DNA from: a bacterium
GTDB taxonomy: Bacteria > Babelota > Babeliae > Babelales > JAUWHS01
Assembly: GCA_043818275.1 (NCBI GenBank)
Contig: JBDRFY010000075.1
Location: forward strand, 1-38,462
Length of the DNA stretch: 38,462 bases
Direction: 5' to 3'
Shown: positions 27,315-36,722 of the stretch, piece after piece
How positions within the stretch are numbered: position 1 is the stretch's first letter
How the letters are laid out: the number at the start of each line of letters is the position of its first letter
Program-made: the position numbers and the translations under genes
The notes under the pieces: generated by a model
Told to the model about the DNA's origin: nothing
What the model saw: the letters and a program-made list of their open reading frames with translations, nothing else
Databases searched by the model: none

Positions 27315-27992
27315 TTAACAGGGTTTTCTAAGCTTATTAATTAACTTCTTAGACAAAATAACAACAGGTGAAGAAAGAAAAATAATACTAACTTTAACAA
27401 TCAAACTTAAAAACATAACATCAAATAAACTTGCGACAATTCCATAAAGGCCTAAAAAACTAAACAAGGCAGTATCAATTATTTGACTTAAAATTAAAGC
27501 ACTAACATTTCTTGCCCAAAGATATTTATCATTAAAAAAACTTTTCAAAAAACCATAAACAAAAACATCTAATCTCTGAACAACAAAAAATGTAAAAACT
27601 GAAGCAAATATAATTCTTGGCATAAATTGTAAAATCTGGGCGTAAGAATTATGCACAAAATCTAAAGAACTCGGTTGATACAAAACATGAATCTGAGAGG
27701 CAACCAGATAAAAAAGTAAAATTAATAAATTTAAATATACAGTTTTTTTTGCTATTTCTTTTCCGTAATATTCCTGTAATAAATTTGTTCCCAAAACAGC
27801 CCCTATTATAAAGACATCTGTGCAGGTAACTGTAAGGCCAAATAATGAGATTTGTTTAATTACAAAAAGATTTGCCAATACTGACTGTAAACAAATAAAA
27901 GTGATTAAAGCTTCTTTTGATACAAACAGAAAAAATAGAGTAAAAAATCCAATAACGGCAATCTGAAAAAAAAACAATAATTCATTAAACAT
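27315..27992 (-). CDS. yhhQ: Queuosine precursor transporter (YhhQ/COG1738)
   Basis: LANLFVIKQI.LFG; LLQEYYGK..AK; PRIIFAS; R...S..LSQIIDT.LF.FLG; multi-TM; upstream of tgt; ATG 27992 preferred over TTG 28049. Confidence 0.92.
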   Translation of the reverse strand: MFNELLFFFQIAVIGFFTLFFLFVSKEALITFICLQSVLANLFVIKQISLFGLTVTCTDVFIIGAVLGTNLLQEYYGKEIAKKTVYLNLLILLFYLVASQIHVLYQPSSLDFVHNSYAQILQFMPRIIFASVFTFFVVQRLDVFVYGFLKSFFNDKYLWARNVSALILSQIIDTALFSFLGLYGIVASLFDVMFLSLIVKVSIIFLSSPVVILSKKLINKLRKPC

Positions 27993-28212
27993 GTTTAAAA
28001 TAACCTTGATAAATCCCCCAAATACAACTAAATAAACATTATAAATCAAAGAGTTTTATTGTAAAACCCCCGCTAAACTTCAATTACTTACAAATAGAAA
28101 CTTTTCTTTTCAAAGATACCCTTTTGCATGGTATCCAAAAATAATTAATATTCAGATTCAAATGGTTAGATCAGGTTTTTAAATGCATTAATTAAAAAAC
28201 GTGGAGGATTAT

Positions 28213-29088
28213 ATGAATATTAATAAAAGTAATTTTATTAAAATATTTATGGTTATTATTTTTTCGCTTTCATTATTTCAAATCACAAAAACTCAGGATA
28301 TTGTTGAAAAAACAGAAACAACAACCGCACAAAACAATGCTGATGGTGTCTACACAAAAACAAAAGAAAAAACTCAAACAACCAAACCGTCTATGGTTAA
28401 ACCAAAAAATTCAATTTCCATTTTGACAAATAATCCCAAGGTCATTTCATCGATGCGTGATGTAACGGAAAATATGTCAGAAAGTAACAAACTCTTTTTT
28501 TACAATCACACACAACTTATACCTGTTAGAATTCAGATAAAAAACAATTCTGACACGGCTTTATTAATAAATAATGATGCCCTAAAATATAACTTGCAGG
28601 TAAATTCAAAAAAGGCTTCTTACGCCCTGGGTTTACAAATTTTACGACATACAGCTTCACAATACATAAATTATTTCACTTATATCTCAGCTCTTGGTGG
28701 AACAGGTTTTATTGGTTATAAATTTAACGATAAGTTATTAAACACGATAATAGATATTTCTAAACAATCTGTTGATTTTTCCGCTAAACTGGTAAATCCA
28801 TATATGTTGATACCAGCAGGCTTAGCTATATTTACATTAAATAAATTGGATAGCAAATATGCTTTAACTTCAACCGCGATAAATAAAGTATTTGGATTTT
28901 ATAATCACTTAAGAGCGGAAGATTTTCAACCAATTTTTGATATAAGAAATGAATTTAATCAACAACAAGAAACAACAACTATTCAACCATCAGGCCAAGC
29001 TGAAATATTAGTATTTGTAACACAAAAAAATAAAGAAGATCTCTGGAATAATAACATTCAACCAGCATTAAATTTTAATATTCAATAA
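28213..29088 (+). CDS. Secreted/membrane hypothetical protein
   Basis: GGAGG SD before ATG 28213; hydrophobic N-terminus; T/K-rich linker; two further hydrophobic segments. Confidence 0.7.
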   Translation: MNINKSNFIKIFMVIIFSLSLFQITKTQDIVEKTETTTAQNNADGVYTKTKEKTQTTKPSMVKPKNSISILTNNPKVISSMRDVTENMSESNKLFFYNHTQLIPVRIQIKNNSDTALLINNDALKYNLQVNSKKASYALGLQILRHTASQYINYFTYISALGGTGFIGYKFNDKLLNTIIDISKQSVDFSAKLVNPYMLIPAGLAIFTLNKLDSKYALTSTAINKVFGFYNHLRAEDFQPIFDIRNEFNQQQETTTIQPSGQAEILVFVTQKNKEDLWNNNIQPALNFNIQ

Positions 29089-29120
29089 AAATCAATAAAA
29101 TCTCATAACCTCTATTTTTT

Positions 29121-29148
29121 AGGCCGGTGTTTTTCACCGGCCTTTTTT
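29121..29148 (+). terminator. Intrinsic terminator
   Basis: AGGCCGGTG-TTTTT-CACCGGCCT followed by a T-run. Confidence 0.8.
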
Positions 29149-29230
29149 ATGCATATTTGCCATAACACAATTTAACCAGTAAAATTTACGAATTATTAAC
29201 TAAAATAAAAAGATTGAAATATTAAATAAA

Positions 29231-29343
29231 AGACCCTGAATCAAGTTTCCGTCTACGTTAAAACTTCGACGGACAGGCTAGGATGACCGTCATCGTGCTT
29301 GTCGACCGAAGCTTAGCGAAGGTTGAAACTTGATTCAGGGTCT
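29231..29343. repeat. Head-to-head family A pair, each arm carrying a family B insert
   Basis: 19-bp perfect outer IR AGACCCTGAATCAAGTTTC/GAAACTTGATTCAGGGTCT; inserts at 29248-29277 (-) and 29298-29326 (+). Confidence 0.85.
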
Positions 29344-29382
29344 CTGCTCTTAAAAATTATTAATTCTTTATAAAGGACAAAA

Positions 29383-30690
29383 ATGACTGGTGAAGTAACA
29401 CTGGAAAAAATAGTATCACTTTGTAAAAGAAGAGGTTTTGTATTCCCTTCAGCTGAAATTTATTCCGGATTAAATGGTGTTTATGATTTTGGTCCATTAG
29501 GAGTTGAGCTTAAACAAAATATTAAAAAACTATGGCTTGAAAATATGCAAAAATGGCCGGAAGATGTTGTTCAGCTTGATGGCGCAATTTTAGGCCCAAA
29601 ACCTGTTTGGAAAGCATCTGGGCATATCGATAATTTTATTGATCCGATGGTTGACTGTCTAAATTGCAAAAAAAGATTTCGCGCGGATGAAATTGATTTG
29701 AATAAACCATGTCCATCATGTGGAGTAAAAAAATGGACTGAAGTTCGTAAATTTAATCTGATGTTTAAAACCGAAGTTGGCGCTGTAACAGGCCAAGAAA
29801 ATTTTGGTTATCTCAGACCAGAAACAGCTCAATCCATTTTTATCAACTTTAAAAATGTTCTTACCAGTACACGCGTAAAAATTCCATTCGGAATTGCGCA
29901 AATCGGTAAAGCTTACAGAAATGAAATTACACCAAAACAATTTTTATTCAGAATGCGTGAATTTGAACAAATGGAACTGGAATTTTTCTGCAAACCAGAA
30001 CAAACGGATAAATACTTTGACAACTGGGTTGAAAGAAGAATGCAATTTTACAAAAATTTTGGTCTTGATGCTAAAAAAGTCAGAACGAGACCACATGCAA
30101 AAGATGAACTTGCCCACTACTCCAAATGCTGTATCGATGTTGAGTATGAATTTCCTTTTGGATGGAAAGAACTTGAGGGAATCGCAAACAGAACAAATTA
30201 TGATTTAACACAACACATAGAACATTCAGGCAAAGATTTGTCTGTTTTTGATGAAGAAACAAAAGAATCTTATGTACCACACGTTGTAGAATGTTCCGTT
30301 GGTGTTGAACGATTATTTTTAACAATCCTTTTTGATGCTTACAAAGAAGATGAAATAGATGGCGAGCAAAGAATTGTTTTAAAACTTGATCCAAAACTTG
30401 CGCCTGTTAAAGCGGCAATTCTTCCTCTTGTAAAAAAAATATCTGAACCAGCGCAAAAAATTTATGACTTTTTAAAAAGTAAAAATTATAAAATTCAATT
30501 TGATGAATCCGGTTCAATTGGAAAACGTTATCGACGTCAGGATGAAATCGGAACACCAGTGTGCTTAACTTACGATTTCGATTCTGAAAATGACAAAATG
30601 GTAACGGTAAGAAATCGCGACACATTAAAACAGGAAAGAATTGCAATTGATCAAATTGAAAATTATTTAGATAATTTATTGAAAAAATAA
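29383..30690 (+). CDS. glyQS: Glycine--tRNA ligase (alpha2 / GlyQS type)
   Basis: LCKRRGFVFP..EIY.G; YDFGPLG; ASGH; LRPETAQ; GIAQIGKAYRNEITP; REFEQMELEFF; SIGKRYRRQDEIGTP. Confidence 0.97.
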   Translation: MTGEVTLEKIVSLCKRRGFVFPSAEIYSGLNGVYDFGPLGVELKQNIKKLWLENMQKWPEDVVQLDGAILGPKPVWKASGHIDNFIDPMVDCLNCKKRFRADEIDLNKPCPSCGVKKWTEVRKFNLMFKTEVGAVTGQENFGYLRPETAQSIFINFKNVLTSTRVKIPFGIAQIGKAYRNEITPKQFLFRMREFEQMELEFFCKPEQTDKYFDNWVERRMQFYKNFGLDAKKVRTRPHAKDELAHYSKCCIDVEYEFPFGWKELEGIANRTNYDLTQHIEHSGKDLSVFDEETKESYVPHVVECSVGVERLFLTILFDAYKEDEIDGEQRIVLKLDPKLAPVKAAILPLVKKISEPAQKIYDFLKSKNYKIQFDESGSIGKRYRRQDEIGTPVCLTYDFDSENDKMVTVRNRDTLKQERIAIDQIENYLDNLLKK

Positions 30691-30722
30691 ACGACTTCCT
30701 TGAATATTTTACATTTTTAACA

Positions 30723-30779
30723 CTTAGAATTGTAACCCACCCGCTCGTCCTAAGCGTAGTCGAAGGATCACGAGCGGTA
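30723..30779 (+). repeat. Left structured inverted repeat (family C) of the GIY-YIG cassette
   Basis: CTTAGAATTGTAACCCACCCGCTCGTCCTAAGCGTAGTCGAAGGATCACGAGCGGTA; internal stem CCGCTCG/CGAGCGG. Confidence 0.9.
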
Positions 30780-30798
30780 CGCTAAATAAAATAATATT

Positions 30799-31074
30799 AT
30801 GACTTTTTACGTTTACATGCTTAGATGTGCTGATGGCTCATTTTATATTGGTCATACAGATAATCTTGAAAATAGAAGATATGAACATCAAATGAAAAAA
30901 TATAACGGTTATACAAGTACTCGCTTGCCAATTCAGCTAGTATTTCATGAAGCTTTTCCAACCAGAGATGAAGCTTTTGCCGCAGAAAGGAAATTAAAGG
31001 GTTGGATGCGAAAAAAGAAAATTATTTTAATTAAATATGGTTGGGAAGGCTTTGTTAAAAACAAATGTAAATAA
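30799..31074 (+). CDS. GIY-YIG nuclease family protein (UPF0213/YhbQ-like)
   Basis: FYVYMLRCADGSFYIGHTDNLENR..EH; YT..R.P..LV; EAFAAERKLKGW.RKKK. Confidence 0.93.
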   Translation: MTFYVYMLRCADGSFYIGHTDNLENRRYEHQMKKYNGYTSTRLPIQLVFHEAFPTRDEAFAAERKLKGWMRKKKIILIKYGWEGFVKNKCK

Positions 31075-31090
31075 TTTTAGCTTTTTAGTT

Positions 31091-31148
31091 TACCGCTCGA
31101 TATCCTTCGACTACGCTCAGGACGAGCGGGTGGGGATAAAATTCTAAG
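31091..31148 (-). repeat. Right structured inverted repeat (family C) of the GIY-YIG cassette
   Basis: Reverse complement CTTAGAATTTTATCCCCACCCGCTCGTCCTGAGCGTAGTCGAAGGATATCGAGCGGTA, nearly identical to the left arm. Confidence 0.9.
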
Positions 31149-31168
31149 AAATATATTAAATTATATTG

Positions 31169-31233
31169 CGCTCATCCTGAGTAAAGCGTAGCGAAATCGA
31201 AGGAAGGACGAGCGGGTGGATTTAAAATTCTTA
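31169..31233. repeat. Composite extra family C copy
   Basis: CGCTCATCCTGAGT...GCGAAATCGAAGGA (as at 25697) fused to AGGACGAGCGGGTGG..AAAATTCT (as at 25646 and 31119). Confidence 0.75.
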
Positions 31234-31288
31234 AAATTTAAACGAATGATCATAACAAATTAATATTAAAATTATAAAAAAAAGAAAT

Positions 31289-31867
31289 ATGAAATTTATA
31301 AGAAAATTTTATGACTGGTTGGGAGAAAAAGTAAAATCACCAAACGCGTTAATCTGGCTTTCGGTTCTTTTTTTTATTGAAGCAATTTTTTTCGTTCCTG
31401 TTGATCCATTATTAATTTTATTTTGCCTAAATAATTATAAAAAATCTTTAAACTACGCACTCATTGCAACTGTTTCTTCTGTTGCCGGAGGTGTAACCGG
31501 TTATTTTATTGGCGCTTTCATGTGGGAAAGTTTAGGCGTAAATTTAATAACCTGGATAATAAGTGAGCAAGCTTTTAATAATGCGATTATCAAATATAAA
31601 CTATACCAAAACTGGGCTGTATTTATTGCGGGATTTACTCCGTTGCCATATAAAGCAATAACTTTATCTGCCGGTTTTTGCAAATTAAGTTTACCGGCCT
31701 TTATTTTATTTTCTTTTCTTTCCAGGGGAGCCAGATTCTTTTTATTGGCAGGAATAATTAAAATCGGTGGAGAGAAAATCCACTTTTTTATTGACCGCCA
31801 CTTTAACCAATTAGTAGTCTTGTTTACGTTGTTACTTGTAATAAGTGTCTGGATGTTAAAATTTTAA
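31289..31867 (+). CDS. DedA/YqaA (VTT domain) family membrane protein
   Basis: FIEAIFFVPVDPLLI; SVAGGVTGYFIG; AGFTPLPYK..TLSAG; SRGARFF. Confidence 0.9.
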   Translation: MKFIRKFYDWLGEKVKSPNALIWLSVLFFIEAIFFVPVDPLLILFCLNNYKKSLNYALIATVSSVAGGVTGYFIGAFMWESLGVNLITWIISEQAFNNAIIKYKLYQNWAVFIAGFTPLPYKAITLSAGFCKLSLPAFILFSFLSRGARFFLLAGIIKIGGEKIHFFIDRHFNQLVVLFTLLLVISVWMLKF

Positions 31868-31883
31868 AAAACAAGGCCACATT

Positions 31884-33233
31884 ATGAATCCTAAAATTGC
31901 TGACGTTTCTCCAGGAAGAATTTTAATTGCTTCATTTTTATTTGTTATAAGTTTGGGAACATTTCTTTTAAGTTTGCCCGCAAGCCGGGTGGTTAACATT
32001 CCATTTATAGATATTCTATTTACAGCTGCATCAGCAACATGCGTTACCGGACTTCAGGTTGTTCCAATTTATTATTTTAGTTTTTTTGGCAAATGCGTAA
32101 TTTTAAGTCTTATTCAAATTGGCGGACTTGGATTAATGACATTATCGTTCTTTTTAGTTTCATTAATTTTAAGAATGCGTTTTTCAACCCAGGTTATTGC
32201 CGGACAATTATTGGAATTTGAATCCGCGGATAAAGTTAAAACATTTTTAAGTTCTATTATCAGTATTACCGTAATTACAGAATTAATAGGCGCAATATTA
32301 CTTTATCCATCATTTAAAGAATTATTCGCAACAAAAAAAGCTGTTTTTTATTCTGTCTTTCATTCTATTTCAGCCTTTTGTAATTCTGGCGTCAGTTTAT
32401 TTGAAAACAACATGGCCGATTTTGCAAAAAATCCATTTCCATTATCTGTTCTTTCTCTGCTCGTCTTTTTAGGCGGCATTGGTTTTATTGTCTGGTATGA
32501 AATGATAAATCTGGTTAAAAAATTTATCCGGTCTATCAAAAGAGACAAAACACCAATCTATTCTGTTTCTCTTCATACCAAAATTGCTTTAAATACTTCA
32601 CTTATATTAATTGGTTCAGGCACTATCATTTTCTGGTTTTTGGAAAAAGGTAACGCTTTGCGCAGCTTGGGTTTTATAAATAAATTTGTAAACTCATTTT
32701 TTATTGCATCAACAGTGAGATGTGCGGGATTTCAGACTGTTAGCGTTGATGAACTTGCATTGCCAACTTTGTTAATTTTAATGATATTAATGTTTATTGG
32801 CGCAAGCCCAAGTTCCACAGGAAGTGGAATAAAAACAACAACATTTGCTCTTTTTATTGCATCCATCGCCTCAATAGTAAGAAACAGAACATCTATAGAA
32901 ATAGGAGGAAGAACAATTCCAAATGATCAGGTTTACAAAGCAACTGCAATAGTTTCATTAGCGCTAGGTTGGCTTTTATTTACAATATTTTTACTTTTAA
33001 TAACTGAAAAATCATTTAGCTTTATTCAGGTTTTTTTTGAAGCAACCGCAGCTTTTTCAACTGGAGGACTCTCAACTGGAATAACACCGTATCTTTCCAA
33101 AATTGGAAAACTAATATTAATGATTTCCATGGTTGTTGGAAGGATGGGTTCACTAACATTGGTTCTTGCTTTGATCAAGAAAAAAGAAAAACAATTATAT
33201 CGTTATCCGGAAGAAAGAATAATTATTGGATAA
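31884..33233 (+). CDS. trkH: Trk/Ktr K+ uptake membrane subunit (KtrB/TrkH)
   Basis: FTAASATCVTGL; LIQIGGLG; FHSISAFCNSG; RCAGF; MFIGASPSSTGSGIKTTTF; GLSTGIT; YPEERIIIG. Confidence 0.93.
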   Translation: MNPKIADVSPGRILIASFLFVISLGTFLLSLPASRVVNIPFIDILFTAASATCVTGLQVVPIYYFSFFGKCVILSLIQIGGLGLMTLSFFLVSLILRMRFSTQVIAGQLLEFESADKVKTFLSSIISITVITELIGAILLYPSFKELFATKKAVFYSVFHSISAFCNSGVSLFENNMADFAKNPFPLSVLSLLVFLGGIGFIVWYEMINLVKKFIRSIKRDKTPIYSVSLHTKIALNTSLILIGSGTIIFWFLEKGNALRSLGFINKFVNSFFIASTVRCAGFQTVSVDELALPTLLILMILMFIGASPSSTGSGIKTTTFALFIASIASIVRNRTSIEIGGRTIPNDQVYKATAIVSLALGWLLFTIFLLLITEKSFSFIQVFFEATAAFSTGGLSTGITPYLSKIGKLILMISMVVGRMGSLTLVLALIKKKEKQLYRYPEERIIIG

Positions 33234-33281
33234 GCAGTATTTGCCAAATAAATTTGGCTATACATACCGAAGGGACAATAA

Positions 33282-33935
33282 ATGAAATTTTGTATTATAG
33301 GATTAGGCAGATTTGGATATCAGCTGGCAATAACTTTGTCTGAATTGGGAATGGAAGTTTTGGGAATAGATAAAGACGAATCAATTATCGCTTCCATAAG
33401 AGATAAAATAACGCAAGCCGTATGCATGAATATTACCGATGAAAAATCTTTACATACGCTTGGAATTGAGGATATGGATACAGTTGTAATTTCAATGGGT
33501 GAAAATTTTGCGCAATCTATTTTACTTACAGCGTTACTTAAAAAACATTTAAACATTCCAAAAATTCTGGCGCGCGCAACAAATAAAATTCATGAAGATG
33601 TCTTAAAACTGGTTGGCGCGGATATTGTTGTGTTACCTGAAAGAGACATGGGAATTAAAGTTGCCCACAAATTAAGTCAGCCTTTTGTTGATGTTGTAAA
33701 CATAACTGAAACATTTGCTATCACTCAGGTAAAAGCGCCAAAAAGTTTTGTTGGAAAAACAATCTCTGAACTTCAATTAAAAAAATCAAGAAACGTATCC
33801 TGTGTTGGAGTTAAAAAAGAAGGTGAAGAAAAAATCAATCTAGCAAGTCCGGATTATGTAATAACTGAAGATGATCATCTATACTTAGCTGGCGAAACAG
33901 ACGATCTAACTGACCTGGTTAAAAGTGCCGGATAA
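33282..33935 (+). CDS. trkA: Trk/Ktr K+ uptake NAD-binding subunit (KtrA/TrkA)
   Basis: IIGLGRFG; GIDKD; VGAD.VV.PE; RCK_C-like C-terminus. Confidence 0.93.
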   Translation: MKFCIIGLGRFGYQLAITLSELGMEVLGIDKDESIIASIRDKITQAVCMNITDEKSLHTLGIEDMDTVVISMGENFAQSILLTALLKKHLNIPKILARATNKIHEDVLKLVGADIVVLPERDMGIKVAHKLSQPFVDVVNITETFAITQVKAPKSFVGKTISELQLKKSRNVSCVGVKKEGEEKINLASPDYVITEDDHLYLAGETDDLTDLVKSAG

Positions 33936-33955
33936 CTTTTTTAAAAATTCACATA

Positions 33956-33989
33956 AAAAAAATAACCCCAAATTTGGGGTTATTTTTTT
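33956..33989. terminator. Bidirectional terminator between trkA and rplU
   Basis: Perfect palindrome AAAAAAATAACCCCAAATTTGGGGTTATTTTTTT between convergent genes. Confidence 0.8.
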
Positions 33990-34332
33990 AGATACTTTCA
34001 ATTCGTAAAACTGTCATCGGTTGACGATGACCGCGTTTTACTCTCATTTTTTTACGTCTTTTGTGCCTGAAAACTATAACTTTTGGGCTTTTCATTTGTT
34101 TGACAATTGTTGCTTTTAACTCTGCGCCTTCAACATACGGTTTGCCAATTTCATATTTATCATTTTCAGTTTTACGGAACAAAACTTCTTTAAAGGAAAC
34201 TGAACTTCCTGATTCACCTTCAAGTTTTTCTACAGCTACTGTTTTACCAGGAATAGCCTGATATTGTTTCCCACCTGTCTGAAAAATGGCATATTTTTCA
34301 AAAGTAGGAATATTTTTTAATTCTCCAGCCAT
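33988..34332 (-). CDS. rplU: 50S ribosomal protein bL21
   Basis: YAIFQTGGKQY; IGKPYVEGA; KVIVFRHKRRKK...GHRQPMT. Confidence 0.96.
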   Translation of the reverse strand: MAGELKNIPTFEKYAIFQTGGKQYQAIPGKTVAVEKLEGESGSSVSFKEVLFRKTENDKYEIGKPYVEGAELKATIVKQMKSPKVIVFRHKRRKKMRVKRGHRQPMTVLRIESI

Positions 34333-34574
34333 TTTAATTAACCTTTCTGGGCAGCAAAAAATTCATTTTTTTTATAATTTATCTCATTAAACGGGGATTA
34401 AATGAGATTTAATTTTAACAAAAAAGGGCTTTCTGTCCATAAAAACATTGTTATTTAATAATCTTTAAATAAATAAATTTTTTTTAAATAAACTAAAAAC
34501 CGCATTTTTTCATGCTTTTTTGGAAAAAACTTAAAAAAATGATAAAAATTTCATCCCACCCCTAAAATAGGCTT

Positions 34575-34603
34575 TTGACGCAGAGAAAACATTAATTTAA
34601 AAT
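34575..34603 (+). promoter_or_regulatory. sigma70-type promoter for the ankyrin genes
   Basis: TTGACG-17 nt-TAAAAT upstream of 34660. Confidence 0.5.
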
Positions 34604-34659
34604 GAATAATATAAGATTTACAATAGAAAAAATTTTGAATAAAAAATGGGGGTAAAAAA

Positions 34660-36708
34660 ATGAGAACTTATATTTCAGCAATTTTTTTATTGCTAACAAT
34701 TTCATTAACTCAAAATATTAAAGCCGGAAATACAGGATCATGGTTTTACAATGCAAACCAACAACTTCTTTCGGCTGTTCAAAAAAATTCAATAGATTAT
34801 ATAAATTCTGCCATACAAAATGGCGCGGATGTTAATTCAAAATTTGGTGAAAATCAAAATACCGCTCTTCACTTTGCAGCAGCAAACAATTCTCCCGAAA
34901 CAATAATTTGCCTTTTGCAAAATAAAGCACACATAAATTCCAAAAATAAATTTGGCGCAACACCATTGCATATCGCCGTAGATAAAGCAGCAGAAAATAC
35001 TGTTTCAGTTTTACTTGAAAATAATGGCTACGTTGATGCAAGAAACGAAGATGGACAAACTCCACTTCATATTGCTGTAACAAAAGGAAATACAAAAATA
35101 ATAGGAATTTTAATGGATTACGGCGCAAATCCAGAAATTAAAAGTAATTCTGGAAATACGGCGCTTGATTTGGCAAAAAGGAATGACGATATATTAAAAT
35201 TTATTAACAAGAAAAAGAAAAGCTTAAAACAAAAAGCTGAAAAAGAAAAAAATCTAAGTAAAAAAAATCTTGCTAAAACCAAAAAACTCGAAAAGGAAGA
35301 AAGCATTCGAAGAGTAAATGAAATTAAAGAAGAGGATAAAAAACAAAATGATTCAAGAAAATTTTATTTAACTACAGTAAAAAAACTTGAAGAAAAAGAA
35401 CGCGAAAGAAGAATTAAAGAAATAGAAGACATAAGAAAAGAAGAAAAAAAACAAAGGGAAAAAAATTTAAAGGAAACAATAAAACTTGAGGAAGAGGAAC
35501 GCAACAGGAGAATAAAAGAGAACAAACAAAAAGAATTAGACGGATTAAAAAAACAATTGGAACAAGTAGAAATAGATAAAGAATCATTAGATGCTGAAAT
35601 AAAACAAATAACTAAAGACTTATTGCTTATGAAATTAGATGAATCAGAAAAACAAAACACAGAATTAGAAAATAAAAATAAAGAAGCAGCAGAACAAATT
35701 AAAGCCTTAGAAAAAGAAAAAATTTCAAAAATCACAAATAAACTTCTTGAAGAAATCGCATTAATTGGAAAACAAGAATTCGCTTCTTTTGATCAAATAG
35801 GAAAACTCGAAAAATTAAAACTAGAAGTAATAAATAATCTGCAACATTTTGCTAAATTAAAAGATGAAAACAATAATACAATTTTACATTTATTCGCGCA
35901 TAACGGTTTATTGGATAAAGAATTTATCGAAAAACTTGTTGGCTATGGTTGCGATATTAATGTTCAAAATAGTTCTAACATTACTACAGCACTGCACTTA
36001 TCAATTTTGCAAGGATATAACAATCAGGCTAAATTATTAATTAATCTTGGCGCAGATATAACAATTGCAGATAATCAACAAGATACTCCTTTAAATTGGG
36101 CAATTCTTACACACAACAATAAAACATTTTTAAATCCAGAAAATGGTACACCAAGAGATAACACAGAATTAATTAAAAAATTAATTAATGAAAAAACAAT
36201 AAAATTTAAAGATAAAGATGGCAATACACCTCTTCACCTGGCAGCATACAATGGACATACAGATTTAATAAAAATTCTTGTTGATTTTGGCACGAAAATA
36301 AATTTGCAAAATTATATAAATTTTCAAAATAATATAGGTCAAACACCGTTGCATTTGGCTGCGATAGCTAATAAATCAGAAACTGTCGCAAAATTAATTG
36401 AACTTGGCGCAAGAGCAAGAATCAAAGATTATTACGAAAGAAGAATTGAAAAAGGTAAAAAAATTACTAGTTTTACAGCGTGGGATTGGGTAAGAGGCAA
36501 AGAAGGATTTGAAGAAACCGAAAGAATTCTGGATGATGCATATTTGCCACAACTATCTACGGAAGATTACAGAAGATACAAACAAGAATTAGATTATTTA
36601 CAAAAAACAAATAAAGAAAAATATAATCAAGAACTAGAAAGAATAAAAACAAAAAAATCTGAAATATACAAAAAAGTAGTAAACGGAAAAAATGGGAACA
36701 GAAAATAA
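34660..36708 (+). CDS. Secreted ankyrin-repeat protein with central coiled coil
   Basis: Signal peptide; multiple G.TPLH.A / TALH.A repeats in two blocks flanking an E/K-rich region. Confidence 0.92.
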   Translation: MRTYISAIFLLLTISLTQNIKAGNTGSWFYNANQQLLSAVQKNSIDYINSAIQNGADVNSKFGENQNTALHFAAANNSPETIICLLQNKAHINSKNKFGATPLHIAVDKAAENTVSVLLENNGYVDARNEDGQTPLHIAVTKGNTKIIGILMDYGANPEIKSNSGNTALDLAKRNDDILKFINKKKKSLKQKAEKEKNLSKKNLAKTKKLEKEESIRRVNEIKEEDKKQNDSRKFYLTTVKKLEEKERERRIKEIEDIRKEEKKQREKNLKETIKLEEEERNRRIKENKQKELDGLKKQLEQVEIDKESLDAEIKQITKDLLLMKLDESEKQNTELENKNKEAAEQIKALEKEKISKITNKLLEEIALIGKQEFASFDQIGKLEKLKLEVINNLQHFAKLKDENNNTILHLFAHNGLLDKEFIEKLVGYGCDINVQNSSNITTALHLSILQGYNNQAKLLINLGADITIADNQQDTPLNWAILTHNNKTFLNPENGTPRDNTELIKKLINEKTIKFKDKDGNTPLHLAAYNGHTDLIKILVDFGTKINLQNYINFQNNIGQTPLHLAAIANKSETVAKLIELGARARIKDYYERRIEKGKKITSFTAWDWVRGKEGFEETERILDDAYLPQLSTEDYRRYKQELDYLQKTNKEKYNQELERIKTKKSEIYKKVVNGKNGNRK

Positions 36709-36722
36709 ATGGAGGTTGGGGG

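Noticed and set aside
30723..31148. Classical IS element
   Set aside because: The enclosed ORF is a GIY-YIG protein, not a DDE/HUH transposase, and no target-site duplication is evident; kept instead as a candidate novel element.
34381..34408. Hairpin upstream of rplU as an L21 leader RNA
   Set aside because: A single AT-rich 8-bp stem; cannot be matched to a known leader without a covariance search.
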